In this document: positions 18,405-27,703 of the stretch, in pieces
How positions within the stretch are numbered: position 1 is the first letter of the stretch
Layout: each line of letters begins with the position of its first letter
Assembly: GCA_963664215.1 (NCBI GenBank)
Contig: OY761015.1
DNA from: Candidatus Poribacteria bacterium
GTDB lineage: Bacteria > Poribacteria > WGA-4E > WGA-3G
Direction: 5' to 3' (one strand)
DNA: 64,000 bases
Program-made: the position numbers and the translations under genes
The notes under the pieces: generated by a model
The model's input: the letters and a program-made list of their open reading frames with translations, nothing else
The model's database searches: none
What the model was told of the DNA's origin: nothing

Positions 18405-19778
18405 ATGCAACAACGATGTGCATCACAATCTGCAAAGGAGCGATCTGGTTATACACGAATTGGAACGCTAATTGTTATTTTATTGATGTGTGGCGTGCCG
18501 AGTTTAGCGATGGCACAAGAGGCAACTGCTCCTGATTCAGGCGACACCGCTTGGATGCTGACTTCAACTGCACTTGTGCTCTTTATGACGATTCCCGGGC
18601 TTGCACTCTTCTACGGTGGGCTCGTGCGCGTCCAAAATGTACTCTCTGTCCTTATGCAGTGTTTCGCATTGACAGGATTGATTACTATTGTGTGGGTTGT
18701 CTGTGGCTACAGCCTTGCTTTTAACACCACCGGTATGGAGGCGGGAACAATCACACTGACCTCGTTTGTCGGTGGACTTGGTACCATGTTCCTACGCGGT
18801 ATCGGCGTGGACACCCTTTCTGGGACTATCCCTGAGACGGTTTTTATTACCTTCCAGTTGACATTCGCGATTATCACACCCGCACTCATCGCTGGGGCAT
18901 TCGCAGAGCGGATGAAGTTCTCGGCGATGTTAATTTTCTCTGTTCTGTGGTCGATAATTGTGTACGCCCCGCTCTGCCACATGGCATGGTCAGGGGACGG
19001 TTCGTTATTTGGCGATATTATCGGGGCACTTGACTTCGCAGGTGGAACCGTTGTGCATATTAACGCAGGTATCGCGGCGTTGGTCGCTGCTATCTTAGTC
19101 GGCAAACGGATCGGTTATCAAACAACACCGATGCCGCCACACAGTTTGACACTCACCGTCGTTGGGGCGTCGATGCTCTGGGTGGGCTGGTTTGGCTTCA
19201 ATGCCGGTAGTGCTGTGGCTGCTGATGGTGCCGCTGGCATGGCAATGCTCGTTACCCAGATTTCAACGGCTACCGCCGCTATCGCTTGGATGTTCGTTGA
19301 ATGGGCAAAACACGGCAAACCCAGTGCTTTAGGTATTGTAACAGGCGCAGTCGCTGGATTGGTCGCGATTACCCCTGCCTCAGGTTCTGTAGGACCCATT
19401 GGCGCGCTGATTATCGGCATCGTCTCTGGCGTTGTCTGTTTCTGGGGCGCAACCAGCTTAAAGTCACAACTCGGTTATGATGATTCCCTAGATGCTTTCG
19501 GTGTTCACGGTATCGGTGGAATTGTCGGTGCCTTGTTGACTGGCGTTTTTGTCGCCGAGGGCTTAGGGGGTGTTGGATTAGCTGAAGGGATGACAATCGG
19601 AACGCAGGTATGGGCGCAGTTACTCAGCGTCATTGTTACCGTCGTTTGGAGTGGTGTGCTTTCGTTTATTATCCTCAAAATTGTTGATGCCACGGTGGGC
19701 TTACGCGTTGAGGAGGATGAAGAACGGATGGGACTTGACCTATCGCAGCACAACGAACGTGGATACAACCTCTCATAG
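18405..19778 (+). CDS. amt: ammonium transporter (Amt/MEP family), second copy
   Basis: 457 aa; DFAGGTVVHINAGIAAL signature; no glnK between or after the two amt genes. Confidence 0.9.
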   Translation: MQQRCASQSAKERSGYTRIGTLIVILLMCGVPSLAMAQEATAPDSGDTAWMLTSTALVLFMTIPGLALFYGGLVRVQNVLSVLMQCFALTGLITIVWVVCGYSLAFNTTGMEAGTITLTSFVGGLGTMFLRGIGVDTLSGTIPETVFITFQLTFAIITPALIAGAFAERMKFSAMLIFSVLWSIIVYAPLCHMAWSGDGSLFGDIIGALDFAGGTVVHINAGIAALVAAILVGKRIGYQTTPMPPHSLTLTVVGASMLWVGWFGFNAGSAVAADGAAGMAMLVTQISTATAAIAWMFVEWAKHGKPSALGIVTGAVAGLVAITPASGSVGPIGALIIGIVSGVVCFWGATSLKSQLGYDDSLDAFGVHGIGGIVGALLTGVFVAEGLGGVGLAEGMTIGTQVWAQLLSVIVTVVWSGVLSFIILKIVDATVGLRVEEDEERMGLDLSQHNERGYNLS

Positions 19779-19828
19779 AGGCATCTGATTTGTGATTCTG
19801 TGTGGTTACAAACCACGCGTACAAATTA

Positions 19829-19857
19829 AGGGCGGACCGTAGTGTCCGCCCAATTTT
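19829..19857 (+). terminator. intrinsic terminator hairpin GGGCGGAC-cgtagt-GTCCGCCC + AATTTTA
   Basis: Perfect 8 bp GC-rich stem followed by T-rich tract 50 nt after amt-2 stop. Confidence 0.6.
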
Positions 19858-20066
19858 ATGGTATATAGTGAATTCTATAGTGGATCCGAAAAATAAATGG
19901 GCACTTTCCACCCCCGGTAGGTGCGGTTTTGCGGTGTACTCACCCCGGTGAATGCTACACGGCATTCATACCGTTGATTCATGCGATCTGCATTCCAACC
20001 GCACCGATTTCGAAGTGCTCACTTAATTGTGGGTTTTACTACAAAAATAAATAAACATTTTGTATA

Positions 20067-22094
20067 CTACCCAACTACCTGTGTGATTATCTCTTCATCG
20101 GATAACCTGCCTTTTTCAACAAGTAAATCTTGATCTGCCCCGATGTTTCCGTAGACCTCAGCAATCCATCCTGTATCAAACACATCACCGGTGTTATGGA
20201 TAATCAGTGGTCGCGGGGCGATGAGTGTTCCAGCGGTTCGGAGATCACCGACTCGCCGGAGGCTCGGTATCGGTAAAGTTTCCAAGAAAGCCGCGTCGCT
20301 GTCGATGGCGTATTGTGCCGCATCCACAACAACATTTTTGACATCCGTAAATCCTGCCGCCAGCAAGCTCCACAATCCTGCTTCACCTATCCCAATCAGG
20401 TTCACCTCTGAGACATCGCCTCGGTTTGTGAAGCAGTGGAGTGCCGTTACAATATCTTGCACGCGTAACGCCGCTGTTGTTCGGTTATAAGTGGTAAAGT
20501 AGTTAGTATCTTCTGACCTCTCATACTCACTATGCTCACCCGTACCGAACACGTCGATGATTAGAACTTTCTGGTCAGCACTGAGTAAGTCGGTGATGAG
20601 CGAAGACGGTTCGCCTGTCTCCGAATTGATTAACTTTTCCTTACCCTCTGGATGCACAATAAGCGTTACCGGATCGTGTCCTACTTGGGGTTCTGGACTA
20701 AATAGCAGTGCCGGGATGGTGTCCCCTATACCCTTTCTACCGATGACAAGATGTTTCGCGGATAAATTGGGATGATACGTTGTCGGAAATGCGCCGTCTG
20801 GTTCAGTAAGTGTTACATCCGTGCCGCTCGGGATGTGTAACCCGAGTGCGTGTTGTAACCCACTCCCCATTTCTTCGCGAAATGTCTGGAGTTCTGATAC
20901 GTTTGTTGGCTTTAATGTGTCGATCGCTTGCTGAGAACGGTTCACCCAAGCCGGTAGAAACTCATCCTGTTTCAGGGCATGTGCAGGCATCTCGCGTTCC
21001 GAAAAAACCAGTAATGCCTCATCTGGCTCAACTTCAAACGCAACCTCTTTAAACGCTGAAGCGTCTTCCGCTCCCAGAAACCATTTCGCAAACCATGGGT
21101 AGACCGCCTCGCGACTTTCCTTATTATAATTATGCTCTGCGTCCACCTGAACCTGATGCACTTTATCTTCAGCATCAAAGTGTGCATAAATACTTCGGAT
21201 GGCGGGATATTCGACCGTGGGTGTTTTCACAGTCCAGTCACCTGTCGCAGACACGAGTAAGAGCGGACGGGGTGCCATCAGCGCACCGATTTCAATGTTG
21301 CTTACATCTAAACGGAGATTCGGAGCGTTTTCACAGATGCATCCGCCTTGCATCGTCGCTGAAATCATATTCACAGGTGCTGAGACCTTAATGCGTTCAT
21401 CAACCGCCGTCAATATAAAGGTCTGTGTGCCACCACCTGATGCGCCTGTACACCCAATGCGTTCATTATCTACATCTGGTAGGCTCTCTAAAAAGTCGAT
21501 GGACCGGATACTGTTCTGGAGTTGTAGTCCCATCGCAGAGAGTCCCCACAGTCCTTCGTGTGCGCCGCCATAGCCGTGTTCTATCTGTTTACCGCTGTCA
21601 TTGTAACCGAGCATATCGTATGCAAAAATGACGTAACCCTGTTTGGCGAAATTGATACAACGACCGGGGATTGAACCGCGCTCGATACTCTCAAGCCTAC
21701 CACGGCTCCAGTGTCCGTGCGGACTTACAATCCCTGGGAACGGACCGGATTTCCCAAGAGGTCGGTACAGATTTCCGGTCGTGAAGAAGCCAGGAAAGGG
21801 TTCAAAATAGACCTTTTCGACGCTATAATCTTCCCGCTCGATTTTCCCGAAGATCTCGGCATTTAGTGGTGTAGATTCGTGCGTTGGGATTAAGCCGTTA
21901 GCGACACGAATCTGCTGACGTAATGCCGCCGCTTTTTCTGTCCATTCCGCTTTGGTATATCCTGGAAAAGTATAGGGGGTGTTGAGGTCGCGTGGTGTGC
22001 CACCGCGGGCATCGTTAACGCCTTGCGAAGCCTCAGCAAAAACGTGAGCGAGTTCGTGGTGTTGTTCAGCCATTATCAATTCCTCCGTTATCAA
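20067..22094 (-). CDS. two-domain alpha/beta-hydrolase fold esterase-like protein
   Basis: 675 aa; N-terminal half with GCTGASGGG nucleophile-elbow-like motif; second alpha/beta-like half. Confidence 0.45.
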   Translation of the reverse strand: MITEELIMAEQHHELAHVFAEASQGVNDARGGTPRDLNTPYTFPGYTKAEWTEKAAALRQQIRVANGLIPTHESTPLNAEIFGKIEREDYSVEKVYFEPFPGFFTTGNLYRPLGKSGPFPGIVSPHGHWSRGRLESIERGSIPGRCINFAKQGYVIFAYDMLGYNDSGKQIEHGYGGAHEGLWGLSAMGLQLQNSIRSIDFLESLPDVDNERIGCTGASGGGTQTFILTAVDERIKVSAPVNMISATMQGGCICENAPNLRLDVSNIEIGALMAPRPLLLVSATGDWTVKTPTVEYPAIRSIYAHFDAEDKVHQVQVDAEHNYNKESREAVYPWFAKWFLGAEDASAFKEVAFEVEPDEALLVFSEREMPAHALKQDEFLPAWVNRSQQAIDTLKPTNVSELQTFREEMGSGLQHALGLHIPSGTDVTLTEPDGAFPTTYHPNLSAKHLVIGRKGIGDTIPALLFSPEPQVGHDPVTLIVHPEGKEKLINSETGEPSSLITDLLSADQKVLIIDVFGTGEHSEYERSEDTNYFTTYNRTTAALRVQDIVTALHCFTNRGDVSEVNLIGIGEAGLWSLLAAGFTDVKNVVVDAAQYAIDSDAAFLETLPIPSLRRVGDLRTAGTLIAPRPLIIHNTGDVFDTGWIAEVYGNIGADQDLLVEKGRLSDEEIITQVVG

Positions 22095-22130
22095 TCTATT
22101 ACCAATGTCCCATGTTTTTGTGGGCGTATA

Positions 22131-22862
22131 TCAGGAATCTGATATATCTTCCTCACCCAGCAACTTCGTTTCTATATTATTGAGGCTCTCTGCTATATTT
22201 GCAAGGACATTAACCTCTTCTGCTATGAAATAGGCAGCAATTAATAGTGCTGCCCCAGAGAGAACAGAGATCGCACACAAAATTACACCTGGGATAAGGT
22301 TCGGGGTTTCTCCAAGATCTGGCGGGACAGTGCCCAGTAACCCGCGGTCGTGCACCAAAAAAGTGAATAGTTTCGGAAACCCGGATCCGAAGATTGAAGC
22401 CACAAGCGATTGAACACCGGCTCCAACGAGTCCGAAGAAACTTATTTCACCAGCCAGTTGGATTATGATAACCGCAATAGATATTAAAATGAAATTCGGG
22501 TCATTATCAAGTGTTCTGATTTTATTGGATCTGTTCCAGAATAGCACGGCGAGAACTGTAGCAACAATGATGACGATGCAAACTTCCAAGATTGAACCGA
22601 TGATGGCAAGAATCCGTAAAGTCAATCCTAAATCGTTGTTCGCACCTATTGTGTCAACGCAAATTATAATACCCCACACGCTGATACCTACAGAGATAAT
22701 CACCGCAAGAATTTTGAGGAGAATTGCAGCCCAACTCCGAAATTGTCTACCGGATTCCAATGAATCAATCCATGTAATAATGCCTCGTAGATAGCGCATA
22801 GAATGCTTCCTCCTACCATTACAGATTGCGCTGCGACACAGTTCCCATAATCCTGAGATCAT
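22131..22862 (-). CDS. hypothetical integral membrane protein
   Basis: 243 aa; ~6 hydrophobic helices; no recognised motif. Confidence 0.4.
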   Translation of the reverse strand: MISGLWELCRSAICNGRRKHSMRYLRGIITWIDSLESGRQFRSWAAILLKILAVIISVGISVWGIIICVDTIGANNDLGLTLRILAIIGSILEVCIVIIVATVLAVLFWNRSNKIRTLDNDPNFILISIAVIIIQLAGEISFFGLVGAGVQSLVASIFGSGFPKLFTFLVHDRGLLGTVPPDLGETPNLIPGVILCAISVLSGAALLIAAYFIAEEVNVLANIAESLNNIETKLLGEEDISDS

Positions 22863-22931
22863 ATTGCGATAAGTATAGCAAGTCGCGGGGACTTTGTCAA
22901 ATTGTCAAATCCTTGCCAAATAATAACATCC

Positions 22932-22960
22932 TTGATTTCCCGAACACATTCTGGTATAAT
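22932..22960 (+). promoter_or_regulatory. sigma70-type promoter TTGATT-N17-TATAAT upstream of purD
   Basis: TTGATT 22932-22937, 17 nt spacer, TATAAT 22955-22960. Confidence 0.55.
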
Positions 22961-22982
22961 ACAGTCAAAAAGGATATGTAAT

Positions 22983-24260
22983 ATGAAAATTCTGGTTGTG
23001 GGGCAAGGTGGGCGCGAACACACGCTCGTCTGGAAACTCGCACAAAGCCCACTCGTCGAAAAAATCTATTGCGCGCCTGGGAATGCAGGCATCGCGCAAA
23101 TCTCAGAATCTATCCCGATGCCAGATCGGTTCACCGACTTGGCGGATTGGGCAGAGTCCCAAGACATTGCATTAACTGTTATCGGACCCGAAGTACCCTT
23201 AGCTGAAGGGATTGTTGATGCGTTCAGTGAACGCGGTCTGAGGGCATTTGGACCCAATAAGCAGGCAGCACGCCTTGAAGCGAGTAAGGATTTCGCCAAG
23301 CAATTGATGGTAAAAAACGGAATCCCGACAGCCGAACACCAGACGTTTACGGATCCCGAAAAAGCGATGGCTTATATCGAAGATCACAATGCACCTGTTT
23401 TCGTCAAAGCAAATGGACTCGCTGCAGGAAAGGGGGTTATCCCCGGACGCACCTTCAAAGAGGCATCGCAGGCTGTTACAACGATTTTGGTGGAGAGGGC
23501 ATTTGGCGAGGCAGGCGATAGCGTCCTAATTGAAGAAGAACTCATCGGCGAAGAAGCCTCCTTTACAGTCCTTACCGATGGCACCTACTGTCTCCCTTTT
23601 GTGAGCTCTCAGGATCACAAGATGTCCCACGATGGTGACACTGGCAAGAATACCGGAGGCATGGGAGCCTACTCTCCCGCGCCAGTGATTACACCAGAAT
23701 TGCACGACTATGTCATGGAGAGCGTCGTTTACCCTACTATCAACGGTATGGCGGATATTGGAAGTCCGTTCAAGGGTGTACTGTATGTTGGATTGATGAT
23801 TACGGATGCCGGTCCGAAAGTGCTGGAGTTCAACTGTCGCTTTGGCGATCCGGAAACACAGGTCCTCTTACCTCGTCTCAAGAGTGATTTGGTGCCTTTG
23901 CTAATCGCATGTATTGACGGAACACTTGAACAACAGCACGCTGACGTGCAATGGCATGACGAAGCCGCGGCGTGTGTCGTTATGGCTTCGGGTGGGTATC
24001 CAGATCCCTACGAGACAGGGATCGTTATCACAGGGCTTGAAGATGCCGATGCGATTGAAGGGATCAGCGTCTTTCACGCAGGCACAAAGCAGGATGGTGA
24101 AAACATTGTCACGGATGGCGGTAGAGTGTTGGGGGTCACGGCTGTGGCTGGTGGGTTGCACGATGCGATTCAACAGGCATATAAAGGTGTTTCGGCGATT
24201 CATTTTGAGAATGCACACACACGAAATGACATCGGACATCGGGCATTGAAGCCGGAATAA
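22983..24260 (+). CDS. purD: phosphoribosylamine--glycine ligase
   Basis: Start at internal Met (MKILVVGQGGREHTLVWKL...), 425 aa; ATP-grasp motifs; track ORF start 22902 is an upstream in-frame extension. Confidence 0.85.
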   Translation: MKILVVGQGGREHTLVWKLAQSPLVEKIYCAPGNAGIAQISESIPMPDRFTDLADWAESQDIALTVIGPEVPLAEGIVDAFSERGLRAFGPNKQAARLEASKDFAKQLMVKNGIPTAEHQTFTDPEKAMAYIEDHNAPVFVKANGLAAGKGVIPGRTFKEASQAVTTILVERAFGEAGDSVLIEEELIGEEASFTVLTDGTYCLPFVSSQDHKMSHDGDTGKNTGGMGAYSPAPVITPELHDYVMESVVYPTINGMADIGSPFKGVLYVGLMITDAGPKVLEFNCRFGDPETQVLLPRLKSDLVPLLIACIDGTLEQQHADVQWHDEAAACVVMASGGYPDPYETGIVITGLEDADAIEGISVFHAGTKQDGENIVTDGGRVLGVTAVAGGLHDAIQQAYKGVSAIHFENAHTRNDIGHRALKPE

Positions 24261-24285
24261 GGCATTCATATAACCCTCAAGGACT

Positions 24286-24373
24286 CCTTGTGGGGCTTGG
24301 GTGTTTCTGGGTCTTGTGTCTACCCCGCATCTAAAGGGTCTCTTGTAGGGGTAGGTCTTGTGCCTACCCCGCA
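24286..24373. repeat. family D hairpin repeats (partial + full copy)
   Basis: CCTTGTGGGGCTTGGG...GGGTCTTGTGTCTACCCCGC and TCTTGTAGGGGTAGGTCTTGTGCCTACCCCGCAC. Confidence 0.7.
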
Positions 24374-24441
24374 CCCTATAGTTATATCCATAAAAAGATG
24401 TCAACTTATGTTAATATATGGCGTTGTAATGGTACAGAAAG

Positions 24442-24951
24442 ATGGGAATTGAATTAACATATAAAATCGCCAAGTGTTGCACGCCACAAGAGGGTAACGC
24501 AATTACTGGCTATTTTAAAGAGGATGGCACTATTGCTGTTCATGATGCCACATGTAGCACGGTACAAGATTTACGAACTGAACGATTACTACAAGTAACT
24601 TGGAATGAGATTCGAGCAACCGAGGCTCCGACGGATTCAATTGCACTCCCCCCTGAATTTGCGGAGCTTGATGAGACTGATTACTTCATACTGAAACATC
24701 ACCAAGAATTCGGAATGGACTACTCTATTGTTGTCGCGGAAGCCTTAAGAATCCCGCTGGAGGAGATGCACCAGCGACATCGTAAATTGAGAGACTTAGG
24801 GGGTTTGAAACGGGTTGAAGGACGTATCATCCACTATCGAAAAAATATTGTCAAGGGGAAATGGATTAAACACCGAAATCACACCTATTATGAACTGACA
24901 CCTGAAGGCAAAACGTGGATCCAAGCTTTTGAAAATCAGCAATTTGCGTAA
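24442..24951 (+). CDS. stand-alone RelA/SpoT C-terminal conserved-cysteine (CC/ZFD-like) domain fused to putative winged-helix domain
   Basis: 169 aa; KIAKCCTPQEGNAITGYFKEDGTIAVHDATC resembles the RelA/SpoT CC motif (AKCC-P-GD-I-GY...G-I-VH---C); C-terminal YYELTPEGK PadR/MarR-like segment. Confidence 0.4.
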   Translation: MGIELTYKIAKCCTPQEGNAITGYFKEDGTIAVHDATCSTVQDLRTERLLQVTWNEIRATEAPTDSIALPPEFAELDETDYFILKHHQEFGMDYSIVVAEALRIPLEEMHQRHRKLRDLGGLKRVEGRIIHYRKNIVKGKWIKHRNHTYYELTPEGKTWIQAFENQQFA

Positions 24952-24993
24952 GTCCTGTAATATAAAGAGAAATGAAACGCGGAGAACTTCATT

Positions 24994-26205
24994 ATGTTAA
25001 ATCATTTACTGAACTGGGGCATTGATGCACGGCGCCGTAAAAACCGCACGCGCTCTGTCATCTTATTATCGCTTATTCTACACATGATTTTCGCGATTAC
25101 CTACCTATTTCTTCCAATGAATCAACTCACCCAAGAACAAGCGGATGCCCTCGCTGTTGACTTGCTTAACGATGCCGATGCCCCCACAAAACGGAAACCG
25201 AAACCGAAACCGCCACTCACTAAGAAAATGTATGATCCCAACGAGGAACTTGCCAGAAATGCAGAGCAGAAAAAGATTGAAGCCGCTCGGAATAAGATAG
25301 ATGAGGTCATGAAACTCAGCCCGCGGGTTGTTCTCAAAGATGTGGAGGTCAACAAAGCACCTGTGAGTGAAATTATTCCAGATGTTATGACGGACGCACA
25401 ACTCCGGGATGCGGAAGCGTCAAATCTCAGTAGACTTATCGCACAACCCGGACGGACCGATGGACGCGGTCTCGTTACCGGTCGGGTCCGAGCACGCGGC
25501 GACGGTATGGGCAGATTCCGTGGAGATGGACAAGAGGGCTCCGACGGTGGACTGCTCGGGGGCGGCGGAAAGGATGGTGCCGCGGATCGACTCGGTCTCA
25601 TTGATTTTCTTGATGAATTCGGGGGACCCAAAGACGTCGTCTACTGTCTTGACATAACCGCAAGCATGCAGGCAGCCGGAATGAAAAAATTGCCACTCGC
25701 AATAAACGCTCTCAAAGATTCTGTAATGATGTTAGGAAACAATGACAAGTTGAACATTGTCGCGTTTTCCAACACAGCGAAACCTATGAGTGAGGAAATG
25801 CTGCCGGCGAACCCAGCGAACATAAAACGAGTCTTGAAGTATCTTGACAGGTTCACACCGAGAAGTATTCAAGGCAATGTGGACACTAACATTCTCTCTG
25901 CCATTAAAGTCGCCTTGACCTTTGAACCCACTGTTGTTGTTTTAATAACAGACGGCTTACCCCAGGTAGATGAGGGGTCTGGTGTACATATTGAAACAAA
26001 TACACAGAAGATTCTTGATATTGTGCGTGAACATAACCGTAACAACGCTGCTATCTATGTGGTAGCACTTGAGATTGATTTGAAACGTTCACGTGGTGCA
26101 GAACTGCTTATCTCCCTTACTGAGGAACATGGTGGAAAAATAAAGGCTATTGACGGCGGGCAACTGTTTGAATTCGCGGAACAGGATGGGCTGACCGATA
26201 ATTAA
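24994..26205 (+). CDS. membrane-anchored von Willebrand factor A (VWA) domain protein
   Basis: 403 aa; N-terminal TM; PKPKPKPP linker; Gly-rich segment; VWA with MIDAS DITASM. Confidence 0.65.
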   Translation: MLNHLLNWGIDARRRKNRTRSVILLSLILHMIFAITYLFLPMNQLTQEQADALAVDLLNDADAPTKRKPKPKPPLTKKMYDPNEELARNAEQKKIEAARNKIDEVMKLSPRVVLKDVEVNKAPVSEIIPDVMTDAQLRDAEASNLSRLIAQPGRTDGRGLVTGRVRARGDGMGRFRGDGQEGSDGGLLGGGGKDGAADRLGLIDFLDEFGGPKDVVYCLDITASMQAAGMKKLPLAINALKDSVMMLGNNDKLNIVAFSNTAKPMSEEMLPANPANIKRVLKYLDRFTPRSIQGNVDTNILSAIKVALTFEPTVVVLITDGLPQVDEGSGVHIETNTQKILDIVREHNRNNAAIYVVALEIDLKRSRGAELLISLTEEHGGKIKAIDGGQLFEFAEQDGLTDN

Positions 26206-26225
26206 AGTTTGGAATTGGAGTAATT

Positions 26226-27032
26226 ATGAATCAAAAATCTGCTACGGGGATCGTTGAACACTTTCGATTGGATGGCAAGGTAAGTCTCGTCACAGGGGCG
26301 AGTCGCGGTATTGGGCTTGCAATGGCAGAAGGACTCGCAGGCGCGGGTTCAGATCTCGTCGTTGTGGGTCGGGAGATAGAAACGTTAACTCCCGTCGCTG
26401 AACGGATTGCCGGTGAAACTGGTAGAAACGTCCTCCCTATTCAGGCGGATGTCAGCAATCTAACAGAAATTGACGCACTCGTCGCGCAGACCGTGGAAAC
26501 TTTGGGGAGGCTCGATGTCCTCGTTAACAACGCCGGTGTCAATATACGCAACCCTGCCTTGGAATTTACCGAGGCGGATTGGGATTTCGTTACGGATGTT
26601 AATCTAAAAGGTGCATTTTTTCTCGCAAAGGCTTGCGGCAAGGTCATGCAGCGACAAAAATCGGGGAAGGTCATCAATACGTTGTCGCTCACCTCAGCAA
26701 TCGGGTTGCCGACGAGTGTCGCCTATACGGCGGCGAAGGGGGGACTCCTCCAATTGACAAAACTTCTCGCCGTAGAATGGGCGGAACACAATATTCAGGT
26801 CAACGGCATCGCTCCCGGCTTCATCCGAACCGAGATGACTGCCCCCGCACGAGAAGACAACCGAAACCGATGGATCCTCAATCGGACACCCGCCGAGCGG
26901 TGGGGTGAACCTGAAGACTTGGCAGGTTTGACAATCTTCTTCGCCTCTAACGCCTCTGACTTTGTTACGGGACAAATGGTGTTCGTTGATGGTGGATTCA
27001 TGGCAGGGAGTGACTGGAGGCGACAGTCCTAA
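26226..27032 (+). CDS. SDR family oxidoreductase (KduD/gluconate 5-dehydrogenase-like)
   Basis: 268 aa; TGASRGIGLA, NNAG, YTAAKGG motifs. Confidence 0.75.
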   Translation: MNQKSATGIVEHFRLDGKVSLVTGASRGIGLAMAEGLAGAGSDLVVVGREIETLTPVAERIAGETGRNVLPIQADVSNLTEIDALVAQTVETLGRLDVLVNNAGVNIRNPALEFTEADWDFVTDVNLKGAFFLAKACGKVMQRQKSGKVINTLSLTSAIGLPTSVAYTAAKGGLLQLTKLLAVEWAEHNIQVNGIAPGFIRTEMTAPAREDNRNRWILNRTPAERWGEPEDLAGLTIFFASNASDFVTGQMVFVDGGFMAGSDWRRQS

Positions 27033-27033
27033 A

Positions 27034-27270
27034 ATGGAAAGAAATCCTGATACGGTGCAAGCCGAAAATCCCGTAACATTGGTAGAGATCAAGCAGATCC
27101 TGAGCGAATTTGAGCTTGAAGACGTTTTGCTTTTTGACCATACGCCAGTTTTGCGGATACAGGTCTCGGAAGCACAATTTACGCGTGCCCTCCAATTGCG
27201 AGAAACGCTGGTTGATCGCATAAAACCCCTTGGATACCGATTCATCGCACTCGATTTAGACGAATTGTAG
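27034..27270 (+). CDS. small hypothetical protein, translationally coupled to SDR gene
   Basis: 78 aa from ATG 27034 (1 nt after SDR stop; GGAGG 13 nt upstream); no recognised family. Confidence 0.35.
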   Translation: MERNPDTVQAENPVTLVEIKQILSEFELEDVLLFDHTPVLRIQVSEAQFTRALQLRETLVDRIKPLGYRFIALDLDEL

Positions 27271-27555
27271 TCTCTTGAACTCGGTGCCAAGGAGAAAACC
27301 AGGAAACAAATGAGATTGACATCCAAGCGCAAATATGATTAACTATACGCGAAGGCAACACATCATGAAAACACTCGTTTTTTTTCTCTATACTTTTTTG
27401 TGCAATCGCGCTGTCTTCGCATGCCGAATTAATTGATTTTTCGCTTTGCTATGAAAACTGTGAAAATATCGTTTGTCATCTTGTAAATCCTCTAATCCTG
27501 TAAATCCTGATTCAGACAGTGGACAAATATCCTACCCTCCCTGTCCAACAAAAAT

Positions 27556-27584
27556 TTGATTTTCGCCCCGCAATATGTTATAAT
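27556..27584 (+). promoter_or_regulatory. sigma70-type promoter TTGATT-N17-TATAAT with ~120 nt leader before polyprenyl synthase gene
   Basis: TTGATT 27556-27561, TATAAT 27579-27584; leader contains hairpin ACGCTTGATGAAGCGT. Confidence 0.5.
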
Positions 27585-27703
27585 TTTTAAACAAAACCTA
27601 CGAGTCGACGCTTGATGAAGCGTGATGTTCGTGCTCAGGGATCCGACAAAATTATGGGAGGACTGAGTGAAATAAAAAGACGGCGTAAAACATAAGGAAA
27701 CTA

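Noticed and set aside
17105-19105. Long minus-strand ORFs (17105-17647, 18707-19105, 19118-19420) inside the amt genes
   Set aside because: Antisense to strongly supported Amt coding frames; Ala/Pro/Arg-rich artefacts of GC-rich codon usage.
22902-22982. Track start of purD ORF at 22902
   Set aside because: N-terminal 27 aa extension is non-conserved; the canonical PurD N-terminus MKILVVGxGGREH begins at 22983, downstream of the TTGATT-N17-TATAAT promoter.
27365-27436. 23 aa hydrophobic small ORF (MKTLVFFLYTFLCNRAVFACRIN) upstream of the polyprenyl synthase promoter
   Set aside because: No RBS, not conserved elsewhere in window; cannot be supported from sequence alone.
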